DNA of 64,000 bases, taken from assembly GCF_023055435.1 (NCBI RefSeq), contig NW_025964372.1, positions 27,528,001 through 27,592,000 of the forward strand, written 5' to 3'. Below the pieces are notes generated by a model. The model was not told the origin of the DNA. It made no database searches and saw only the letters and a program-made list of their open reading frames with translations. This document shows, one piece after another, positions 10,546 to 21,228 of the stretch. This stretch comes from Haliotis rufescens. Taxonomy: Eukaryota. A program made the translations under genes and the position numbers. The stretch's first letter is position 1; each line of letters starts with the position of its first letter.

Positions 10546-11824
10546 CACAACAATAATTACGTTGAAATATCAAACAACCTGCAGCTGTTTCCACTAAATC
10601 GAGCGACTACATTACTTAATGTGTGCAACATCTTACAAGGCAATAAGTGAACAGAGCTCACAATAATACTCCCACATTGAACATATTTCTAAGTTCGTGA
10701 ACCGTAAAAACGAAGAGGATTGATATAATCCTATGGCGATTTTGCATTTAGATTGGTTGTGTAGAACAGCGTGGTCCCACAGTCATTGAATTGATTAAAA
10801 AGATAAAGGATATTTGGATAATGTTGCCAAATAAGATGTTGATCTCATCGGCGCCATAATGGGTGAGGTTATTTCATCAAACGTCTGAATTTCCTGGTCA
10901 AAAGGCGTCGAAACTGTTTTTTTATAAATTAAACTGTGTTTCATACTTATGTTGAAGTACACAATGGCTGAATATACAGTGCCAGGTAAATAAATATGTA
11001 CAAAGGACATAAATATAAAACACCCCTCTATGATTAATTAGCAGGGGTACAGATAAGTTGATGTTTTGAGACATTTTTGTAATGTTATTTAAATTTTTCT
11101 GAATATATAATTTATTTTTAATTTGAAAGAATATAGGTAATAAAAGCGAAAAAACACTTTACATTTTAGTAAGACATGTCCATTGTAAGATTACGACTCT
11201 ATCGTGAGGATGTGAAGAATCTCCAAAAAATATCCTAATACCATTTTTCTGTAGAAAAAATAGTGCTCTATTCTTCTTCACAAATACGGCTTATAAAACG
11301 ATTAAACAAACATTCAAGAAATATTCATTCGGTTATGATAAATACCCTGAGTATCCTTCCTCAAAGCAAAGTTAGCGCATATATAGTTACGTCCTTTGAT
11401 CCATGTAATCTTTTAAATTTTAGTGCATATTGTCTGCAATGGGGAAAGTAAAATCAGATATTCTCATGACACCAAACCACCCTAGTGCCTGTCTCTTCTA
11501 AGGGAGATTTATTTGCTTGTTGCTTATCGCTGCTCTCAACACTGTTCCTTTTGTAATGGAGGATTGGTATACAGCCATATAGTACTTTGTATCTGAAGTC
11601 CGTTCAGCATCATTCGAACAATGTGAACTTTATTATCAAATTGTATCACATATGTCATGTGACTGACACCAATCAGAATGAACACCTGTTTAATTAAACT
11701 TAATTAAACGTAGTTAATAGCTTAATTTCTGCACCGTAAATCATATCAAACTGTCAGGTAAATAGAAATTACACATGGCCCACTGTGGTTAATTCTGCCT
11801 CGTCGAGATGATTAAAATCTTTGG

Positions 11825-11831
11825 TATAAAT
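11825..11831 (+). promoter_or_regulatory. TATA box of the lectin gene (also 33154 and 54502)
   Basis: TATAAAT 52 nt upstream of the signal-peptide ATG. Confidence 0.6.
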
Positions 11832-11876
11832 ATAGAGACACCAACCCTATCTGACAAATCATCCCGATTGTCTACA

Positions 11877-14800
11877 ATGCTGCTCATCTCTCTGTTCGTG
11901 GTTGTGTTGGGGGTTGCTGAGACACATGGTAAGTATTTCAACCGAATTTTCTACCATAATTTTCCAACTCTTATTAGGAATAGTTCGGTGTTGACATGAA
12001 ACTGCAGGTTAAGTCATAATTGTGTATCCCAGTTATACATATATTATATACAGGTAGAGACGGATCATGCTAAAAGTTGCTTTGCTCGGACAAATACACA
12101 ATGTTTATGTTCATGATCATGTATGAAAGGTTACTTTAGAACTATATACTCGCCAACAGGCATATAACCATGCATATACATACGTATGTATCAGTTTTAC
12201 TGTGTAGCTAGAATGTGTGTAAACTGTCGGGCACAAGACTTGTTTGATGGTTTGATGGTGACTAAACATGCTGTAATTGATATGGGTATCATAGTTGTGT
12301 TTCGGATCTCAAGTAATGTTTCGGATCTACATATATAATTTTAAGGTATGACTAAGATACCACAAGCATGGTATAAGAACACTGTATACGTTTCCCCAGA
12401 ATCCAGGGTCGCAGATAATGCAGGGTTTTGCAACATTGGCGCTAATGGAGTTTTAACCATTGAGGCCACCCTTGCTCTGTGTTTGAAGGTATAGAGGAAA
12501 ATATAGGTTTTTAGCTTTGGGATTTAATTTACCTACAGCTGTGATTGTTTGTCCCCAGGTGCTATGATCCCTGTCCTTGGGTCACAGGTCACTTCCTCCT
12601 CAGTCTTCACCTTCGGCTCCACGAACTTCGTTCCACAGTTTGCCGTTGACGGCGGATTTGGCACCGACTTCATCGCTGACAACACTACGTTTGCAACGGC
12701 TGTTGGAGACACAATGCCCTACATGGACATTGATCTGGGCAGCAACTTCCTTCTCGTCTCCGTCACCATCACCAACAGGGGTGACTGCTGTGGTAAGTAG
12801 AGTGAGATGGTTAGGTGTATTTATTTCTTTTAAAGACAGATAAATAGAATTACATACTGTCAAATGATCTGATTGTCCACAGATTCGTCCTCACATCATG
12901 AAACCCATATCGCCACTTTTTGGGCATTTCATCGATGTTTTGAGCTTGAAAGTAGTTCTTGCTCGATGACCTTATTTGAATATTTATTGGGTCAAATACT
13001 GAACAACAAAAGTTTTTTATCTAATCTGAAACAATTTCAGTTTGCAACAGACTCCTGTAAGTGTTCAAATGGTTTAATTTGCCATACTGACTTCAGAAAA
13101 TGCGTGATTTCATAAAAATAACATGAACATGCCAAAATGTCAGTTTACAAATCAATAGCATGTGTGTCCACCTCTGGTTGCAAAGCAAGCAACACATCTT
13201 CGTCACATGGAATGGACCAGGCGTCGCACATAGTCCTGTGGGATATCTGTCCATAACTGCTGGAGCATGTTTCGAAGTTCCTGGAGTGTCTGTGGAACAC
13301 GTGGTTGACGTCGAAGGCGCCGATCCATCTCATCCCACATGTGCTCGATTGGTGAGAGATCAGGGGAGCGAGCCGGCCAGGGGATGACATTCACGTTGTT
13401 TTAAATCCTGAACAAGCCGAGCAATATGAGGCCGGGCGTTGTCATGTTGAAAGGTAATGCCTGGACCATGATGACGCAAAAACGGTAGAACAAAAGGGCC
13501 GATGATCTCGTCGAGGTAGCGTTTTCCATTGAGATTTCCCTCTACCACTATCAAACGGGTCCTCTGTCTTGCTGTCATCCCACCCCATACCACAACGCTG
13601 CCGTTCCCGAACCGATCTTCTTCCATGCCACAATGATTAACGTAACGTTCACCTCGACGTCCGTCAATCGCTTAGGCTGAGGTGAAAACGAGAATCTTCA
13701 ATGAATAGAACTTGTCCCCACTGCATGGCCGTCCAGCGTAGACGCTGTCTGCACCACTGTAGACATGCTTTACAGTGGATTTCTGTCAAAATTGGACGCC
13801 TGGCGGGTCTTCTGGCGACAATCCCTGCACATCCAGTTGTCTTGTCGATTATTAGTTACGCGTGACTGCCACTCCGAGGACGGTCTCTGACTGCATTCGT
13901 CTGTAGGCAACGTTACCATAAACACCAAATGTTGTTTCTGTGGACGTTAAATTGTCTTGCAACATCACTTTGACTCGATCCTGCTTCAAGCATACCAATG
14001 GCTCGCAGACGCTCATTTTCGGGCAGGCGTGGCATTTCGTAATGTTGAATAATTGCGTAATTTTGTTGTTTTTCTGAGTGGTTGTTGTCAGCACGATGCT
14101 AAACAATGCATATGGAATCCCGTTAACGCACGTGTTTTTATACCTATTCTTCGGAAGTGAAATGCATGGGACTTGCATAAAAGTCATCTTTTGCTTGGAA
14201 TGCATGCTTTTCTGGAGCAGTTGCGTTTTTGTGACTTGATTCCATACATGTACTACAATAGTGAAACCAAACTTTACTTGTTTGAAATATACACTAAAAT
14301 ATTGGTGTCACAGGAACTTTTGTTTTTGAGTATAGTAACAAGTTGATTGGATTGCTTTTTCACATCAATAACACTATGATATTTATCACATATTACCTAA
14401 ATAAATAGAACGGTGTCACGTTTAACTTTCTCTATCGTTCTCAATGCTGTTCTTTGCTACCACCAAAGCAGTCTATTCAGATTAAGGCGTGTTGGTTGAC
14501 TTATTCTGCCCTTGGTAAACAGTAAGGTAGACTCGGGATGATTATCGTGGTCCCTCATAGCTGTAGATTTCTTTTACATCAGAAACATGTACAGAACTGA
14601 GATCATACAAAGCATATATATCTTCAAGAACATTCTATGGAGAGCGTAGACCTAGAATTACAACACATTCCTGCTGAACTTGATATCAGTCATCAACGCT
14701 CCAGTTCCCAAGTCACAGTATGTCCACAGGACCCTGTGTTAAACTGTGTAACCTGGCAGATTGTATGGTATGGTGTCATGCCCCGACGGCGTGGATATTT

Positions 14801-17800
14801 GGACCAAGTGTTCCTGACTTATACTATTTGAGGCTACCACGATATTGCTGCATAAGATATCATCATCATCACCCACTCTTTCCATCTTCGCAGCCGAGCG
14901 TTTTAGCATGTCTGAAGAAACTTATATTAGAAACAAAGGTCATTATCGACTACCCAAATTTGCATAAAAGGCTGAAAGACAATAATCGACTGAAGGGGTT
15001 GTGTTGTACATGTGTATATCTCTCCACCTTGGCAGCTGATCGTCTTCGAAACATCCGAATCGAGGTGTACAATAACGATCCAACACTCGGAGGAACGCCT
15101 CAAGTCTGCACCACAATCGGCAGCACCGCCCCTGCCGCCAGTTCCAACACCACGTTCACCTGTTCGGCCATGGCATTCGGAAGGTACATCCGTTTTAACA
15201 AGTTCAGCATGGTCGACGCAAATGACATCCTTCAGTTTGTAGAGGTGGTCCTTGATGGCGTTCCGCTAAGTAAGTATATAACTGTATATATATGATGGTA
15301 AGATGAGGCTAACAAAAATAGTATCACAAAAATAGTGCCACATTTACCTACTTTATCGGTGATATTTTCCATTCTGTTTAACTGTGAATGCTTCTAATGA
15401 ATGAAAAATTAGTTCTCGTAAAAAGAATGCCGATGCAATGTTAAAAAATGGCCACTCAATAGAAACATTGAAAGTATTCGTGTGTTCTAGTGGAAGCAAG
15501 CGCCATGCGATTATAAATACACTTGACGACACGGATGGCTCAGTGACTTCCAGTTTTCAGATCGATGTTCATGATGTCAATCACTGGATTGTCTGGTCCA
15601 GACCCAATCATTTATAGACCGAGGTCATATAACTTGAATATTTCTGAGTGTTACATTAAACAACAAACAAATGGCCTTGGATTCGAGCGAACGTTCAGAG
15701 GATCAGCAAGGGGTCGCAACTATCGACGGTGAACTCGGAGTTTTTGACCATTGGGCCACCCAAGCGCTGTGTTTGGAGGAAAAGAGGAAACTATAGGTTT
15801 ATATGTTTTGAAATGAGATTTACCTACAGCTGTGATTGTTTGTCCCCCAGGTGCTGTGATCCCCGTCGGCGGGTCACAGGTCTCTTCCTCCTCAGTCTTC
15901 ACCTTCGGCTCCACGGACTTCGTTCCACAGCTTGCCGTTGACGGCGGATTTGGCCCCGACTTCGTCGTTGACAACACTACATTTGGAACAGCTGTCGAAG
16001 ACACTATGCCTTATATGGACATCGATTTGGGCAGCAACTTCCTTCTCCGCTCAGTCACCATCACCAACAGGGCTGACTGCTGTTGTAAGTAGAGTGAGAT
16101 GGGGAGGTTGGTTTAACGCCGATTTGAACAGTATCTTAAAAAGTATGTTAAAGACGGCGTTTCAGTTCAATGCAGGAGGAAAGCCAATAGAGATCAAGCC
16201 TGGTTTTGCCACTTGAATGGATCCAAAAATAACAAACAAGGCGAATCTGTCATACCAAGTCACGATCAGCAGATCGAGGTACGCCGAAGGGATGCAATTC
16301 TTGGCGGATTGCAGGAAGCAGAAGTCCCCATGGTCCCTAGTATGGTTGCCTAACTTTAGTTGCTGGTGATCTCTAGCCCATTTTTATTATGTATTGTTTA
16401 GAATAGTCACATTTTTATGGTAACATACTAATTTTAAATCTATATCTGTGATATTCTAGTGCTTTTACTGTCCTTTGTCGACAGATTTCAATGTCTATAT
16501 CAATGTATTATTACTGTATAATTTGATTTAGTCACTATATGGCTGAAATATTGCCAACGTGACTATAAATGTTAACTCACTCACTTGACGAATTGTGGCA
16601 TTCATTTGAAGTAACCCTATGATGTAGCGTTGGCCCTGTTAGATATTCATCAATGTAAAGCAAATATTCACCAATAGGCTTCAACGATTCTCAGTCGAAG
16701 AACCAGAAGCATATATTTTGGAAGAGCTTGAAATCAGACATAAATAAATGCAAACATACACAATTGATTCCTTTTGGCCAGGGTTGATACCCATGTAGTG
16801 TGTAAAATATCACGGTGGGAGATGTAAACTGCGCATGAATACAATGCTTGAGTGAACCGCCCTATTAATCATACATTAACAGACATAATGACACTCCTAT
16901 CGTAACTAAATGGCCATTATATCGGTGTAAAGCACTTGATAGTAGTTCCTGCTAGATAACCTCATTTGAATATTTATTGCATCATGACAAGTTTGTCCGA
17001 TTTCGCAAGTCACAATATGACTCCAGGACCCCGTGTTATACGGAATTGACTGGTAGATTGTTGCCCTGGCCCAGACTAATTGAGACTACCTCGTTGTTTT
17101 TGTTCAGTAAGACATTATCACTAAATCATCCGAAAATTCACAGCCGAGCGTCTTCGAAACATCATCATCGAGGTATATGACAACAACGCAACTCTTGGAG
17201 GAACGCCTCAAGTGTGCACCACAATCGGCAGCACCGCCCCCGCCGCCGGGTCGACCACGACCTTCAACTGCACAGGGACGCCAATCGGAAGGTACATCCG
17301 TCTTAAAAAGAGCTCCAAGGTCGACGCTACTGATATCCTTCAGTTAGTAGAGGTGGTCCTAGAAGGCGTCCAGCTACGTAAGTATATGACTGTATTTATC
17401 TGATGGTAAGACAAATGAGGATAAAATAGCATCACATGGTAGTTTCATTTATCTACTTGTAATCCCTGGTTTTCCAGGTGTGTGATCCGACTTGGTTGCA
17501 CCAAAGTGTACGCACCTACTTAGTGCAGTCATTGTTATAAAGAAGTTGTATATCCATTGAGTGAAATACTTGTTAGGACGGCGTTAAACCCATCTCACTC
17601 ACTCCTCCACAGAATGTCCTTGCAACCACTTCCAGCTGGACGAGAACTGTTTCTACTTCTCTGGATTCCAAGCAAGCTATGCCGACGCGAAGGTAAACAA
17701 CGACACCGCTTTCCTCCCATATTAAGCTGACACGCCGAGATATAACTGGAATACTGTTAAAAGCGGCCTTAAACCAAACTCACTCACTCACTCACTTAAG

Positions 17801-19077
17801 GGTGGTCGGAGGATACGTTTGGCCCAATGGGTAAGGGACCTTTATTCAAAGAAAGTTGCGTCCCATGGCCAAGCCAGCATTATGTAGTTTGGACTGAAAT
17901 CTCAGATACCGAACCTTTCTCGTGGGTTGAACAAAATATGTCAACGACTAAACCCTGCGTCTGTCCTGGCTTGCCTCTCACGACCTGAACCAAACTCACA
18001 CAATCAGTCACTCAATCACTCACTCACACACTCAGTCATTCACTCACTCACTCTCTCTCAATAACTGAGATAATGTTAAACTATGCGTTAAACCAGATTC
18101 ACTCAATAACCTTTAGTGTATTCAGTACTCTAGGATGATACTTTGCGTGTTTGAAGTCTGAATGAATACTGAAGTACAGAGATTCTTGTTACAGGAATAC
18201 TGTGACATCATCGGAAGCAATCTGGCCATGATCCGAACCCAGGCTCAGAGCGACTTTGTCAACGGTGTTCTCGCTGCAAATGCTAAAAAAGGTAATTCAT
18301 AGCTCGCTTATACTGTTTCGTGGCCATTCTATATCCAATTAACAGAACAACAAAGGTTTCCACTTGGACCTGTGGCAGTGTTAGATAACAGTATGAGTTC
18401 CACCCAAGAAAGCGTTTTTATCAACGGGGTCTATGATAAAAGGTTATGTTTCAGATCAAATCAATTTCAATTTCGATTTCAGCGGTTCACACACGGTACA
18501 GGTAAGGCTCGTCTTTACCTGGACGAGACATAGGCCCAGACATCAGCTCCCTCTTTAGGCTAAGCTATGCATCATCTAACTGCATCTTTTTCTCTTGTCC
18601 TCATTTGCAGGACTTCACGAAATAAACATTAGCGACGATTAATTGGATCTGGAGGTCAGTCTCGGAGAACTTGTTGCTTGTCAATGTACCCTGACGTCGC
18701 GAGATGTTACTGATAACATCAACCACTCGTTGGTCTGGCTACGAGTGGATTATTTACCGCCCACCATGTAATGGCTTAAGAGTTACACACTTCATATTTT
18801 CTGTCACTCAGGTCAAGAATACTGGATTGGGGTGACCAATCTTTTGGACCGGTTCCAGTGGCGATATCTGCTTGGTGACATTGTTCCCCTAAATGGCTTC
18901 ACCTCCCCACTCGTGAACGGCACGGGCACTTGCAGCACCTCTACCTCTGAGAAGCACCCACATAACTGTGCCGTCCTGGAGAAGAACGACGCCGGCCAAT
19001 GGGAGTGGGAGGAAGAACGGTGTTACAGGAAGGAGAACTTCATCTGTCTGGCAACCCTGCCAATACCTGCGCCCTAG
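11877..19077 (+). CDS. Secreted mosaic lectin, signal peptide + 2 F-type lectin (fucolectin-like) domains + C-type lectin domain, 476 aa, 8 exons, copy 1
   Basis: Exons 11877-11928, 12559-12792, 15036-15269, 15851-16084, 17144-17377, 17613-17692, 18195-18291, 18812-19077; all introns GT-AG with compatible phases; 1431 nt with no internal stop; MLLISLFVVVLGVAETHG signal; AVDG, NRxDCCxxRL and GRYIR F-lectin motifs; CFYF, YC, YWIG and C..W..C..FIC C-type lectin motifs. Confidence 0.9.
12997..14332 (-). mobile_element. Tc1/mariner DNA transposon (dead) in lectin intron 2; transposase relic 13152-14035
   Basis: MPRLPENERLRAIGMLEAG HTH start; VVVWGG, FQHDNARPH, WPARSPDLSPIEHMW and GGHTCY* motifs, with stops and frameshifts; imperfect terminal IRs TACTGAACAACAAAAGTT / AACTTTTGTTTTTGAGTA with TA ends; flanks align to the empty intron 4. 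Confidence 0.88.
15559..15670 (+). mobile_element. SINE-like fragment in lectin intron 3 (also ~36888 and ~58236)
   Basis: gatcgatgttcatgatgtcaatcactggattgtctggtccagac...ttaaacaacaaacaa. Confidence 0.7.
17992..18060. repeat. Degenerate (TCAC)n simple repeat in intron 6
   Basis: cactcaatcactcactcacacactcagtcattcactcactcactc. Confidence 0.75.
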
Positions 19078-19153
19078 GTTCTTTAAGGATACACGTATTG
19101 GTAATTTAGTTTACAGTCGTCATGATTAAGGTATCTTGTCTAAAATAGGTTGT

Positions 19154-19159
19154 AATAAA
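19154..19159 (+). promoter_or_regulatory. Candidate polyadenylation signal of the lectin gene (second AATAAA at 19288-19293)
   Basis: AATAAA 77 nt after the stop codon. Confidence 0.55.
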
Positions 19160-19510
19160 TTCATCTGTCTACAAAAGTAGTGTCCAACCTAAGATCATTT
19201 GAAAAGTAATCAAATCAATCGTACAAAGGCACCTCTAAATACAATCATTGTGTTAAACACACCTACTATTATACCAATGTACTCGTAAATAAAGAATTAC
19301 CAATATCATTGTGTTGTGTTATGGTCGAACACTGGTTGTATTATGATATATTTTAGTGAAATAACAAATTGACATGTGTTAGTCAAAAAAAAGTTAAAGA
19401 ACACCCGATTCTTTCATCATAGTTAATCGTGTTTCCTTTACCTTCTTTTGAGAAGGATATAATACTAATACAACACACATAAGCTTTGTTAGCGTGTGAC
19501 GTAAACTCTC

Positions 19511-19803
19511 AACAAAACTGAATGATGAAAGGGATGAACTTTCATTTTGTGCCGAGCAATATTCCAGCAGCTCCAGTGTTTGGTGTCTACTTTTTACTTT
19601 AGTTGTTTGATCAAGATTACAACATTCAAATCTTAAGCAACGCTTTCAAAATGGTTTATGGAAGAAATGTGGAGGATATTTCCATATTTGATGTATCAGT
19701 GACAAAAATATGGCCGGTTTCCTATTGTGACTTGTGTCATATGTTTCCGTGTTTTTAGGGACCAATTGACTTGCCTTTGCGTGTGTTGTGATTGGTGGAG
19801 CAG
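19511..19803 (+). mobile_element. Penelope-like retroelement RT relic (also ~40840-41132 and ~62186-62480)
   Basis: Broken translations TKLNDERDELSF, SNIPAAPVFGVY and LFDQDYNIQILSNAFKMVYGR resemble the KLYDKRDDF..SNIP..PAYGVYISQLIRY..KFYGR C-terminal RT region. Confidence 0.6.
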
Positions 19804-20130
19804 GAAACGCTCACTTTTTCGCAAACACCTAATGTCGTCACTAATTGATATTGATTCATCAACATAAACATGCTGATGATACAATCTGAATCGTAAAATC
19901 TATTCAGCATTTGGTCGAGATTGGAGTGTTTCTGTGTCGGGAGGTCGATCCCGACCCCAGGCCTCATCATACCAAAAGATATGTATTGTTAAGATAAGTA
20001 TGTGTTGTTACCTTGCCTGGCGCTCGGAATTAACAGGCGAAAACAAGGACTGTTTGGCTACTCTGTCTGAGTTGGGTATTCATGTTAAATTGCGGCATGA
20101 TATTTCAGTGGGCTGGCATTATATAATCGT

Positions 20131-20334
20131 NNNNNNNNNNNNNNNNNNNNNNNNNNNNNNNNNNNNNNNNNNNNNNNNNNNNNNNNNNNNNNNNNNNNNN
20201 NNNNNNNNNNNNNNNNNNNNNNNNNNNNNNNNNNNNNNNNNNNNNNNNNNNNNNNNNNNNNNNNNNNNNNNNNNNNNNNNNNNNNNNNNNNNNNNNNNNN
20301 NNNNNNNNNNNNNNNNNNNNNNNNNNNNNNNNNN
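20131..20334. other. N run (204 nt), assembly gap or masked tract
   Basis: Seen directly. Confidence 0.99.
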
Positions 20335-20996
20335 TACATTGAAAACACGGTATGTTTATCTCCATTTTACCATGACTAAATAAAACGCAAACTCTTTGGT
20401 GGTAGCAATTGTACACACATGAGGTGGGCACGCCTAAAGAAAATTAAGCAAGCTTTCCAAAGTTTCCGTTCTACACTGCACGTCACAATTATGACGTCAT
20501 GTCGCTCATTGTGACGCAAACGATATGATGTGACAGTTGTATATAGAGAAACGCCAAATTCCAAGTTATCTGTTGTCCCCAAAACTTAAAATATATTCTC
20601 TTTGAAGATTTCTGTCGTGTTTTCTGCACGAAATGTATTGCCACACATCCTTTGAATATTGTTATTACCTCAACTATGCAATTTGTAAAATAATTATTTA
20701 AATATGCCTACCGACAATGACTGAAAAAAGGACTATTCTATGAATATTAGCTTCTGCAGTTTTGCGGCCGTCAAATCAGCTGTTTCAATCAGAGGGGGCT
20801 TATAGTAATTTAATAGCCTCTGATTGACCAGACAAAATCGAGTAATTTCAATATGCATGTTAGAATTATCATTATGAATATGGACAGTTTTTTGTCACTT
20901 TTATATTAATATTCAAGACGGTATAGATAAAAACAGCTAATCTGTCAATACCAACGTGCTAAGAAAGACCTTGCTTACCGCCTATTAGTAACTTTA

Positions 20997-21228
20997 GTTT
21001 GTTTGTTTGTTGTTTAACGCCGCACTCTGTAATTATCCAGTTATGTGACGGCAGTCTGTAAATCAGACAATATAGTGATTGACATCATAAGCATTGATCC
21101 ACGCAATCGGGATACGATGACAAGCATCAACCAAGTAAGCGAGCCTGACCACCCGATCCCGTTAGTCGCCTCTTCCAACAAACATTGTCGCCTTTTACGG
21201 CAAGGCCTCTTCTACCTCGGATCTTCAC
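20997..21228 (-). mobile_element. SINE-like copy, reverse orientation (also 42344-42575; partial at ~63890-64000)
   Basis: Reverse complement of the 1384-1635 family (gagcctgaccacccgatcccgttagtcgcc); (TTTG)n tail. Confidence 0.75.

Noticed and set aside
14520-14850. Possible additional retroelement relic in intron 2 (TFYGER-like peptide)
   Set aside because: Similarity too short to support without a database search
14720-15295. 191-aa ORF as a stand-alone gene
   Set aside because: Only 15036-15269 is lectin exon; the rest is intron that happens to be open
19934-20431. ORFs spanning the N run (same at 41263-41778)
   Set aside because: Open only because N codons contain no stops
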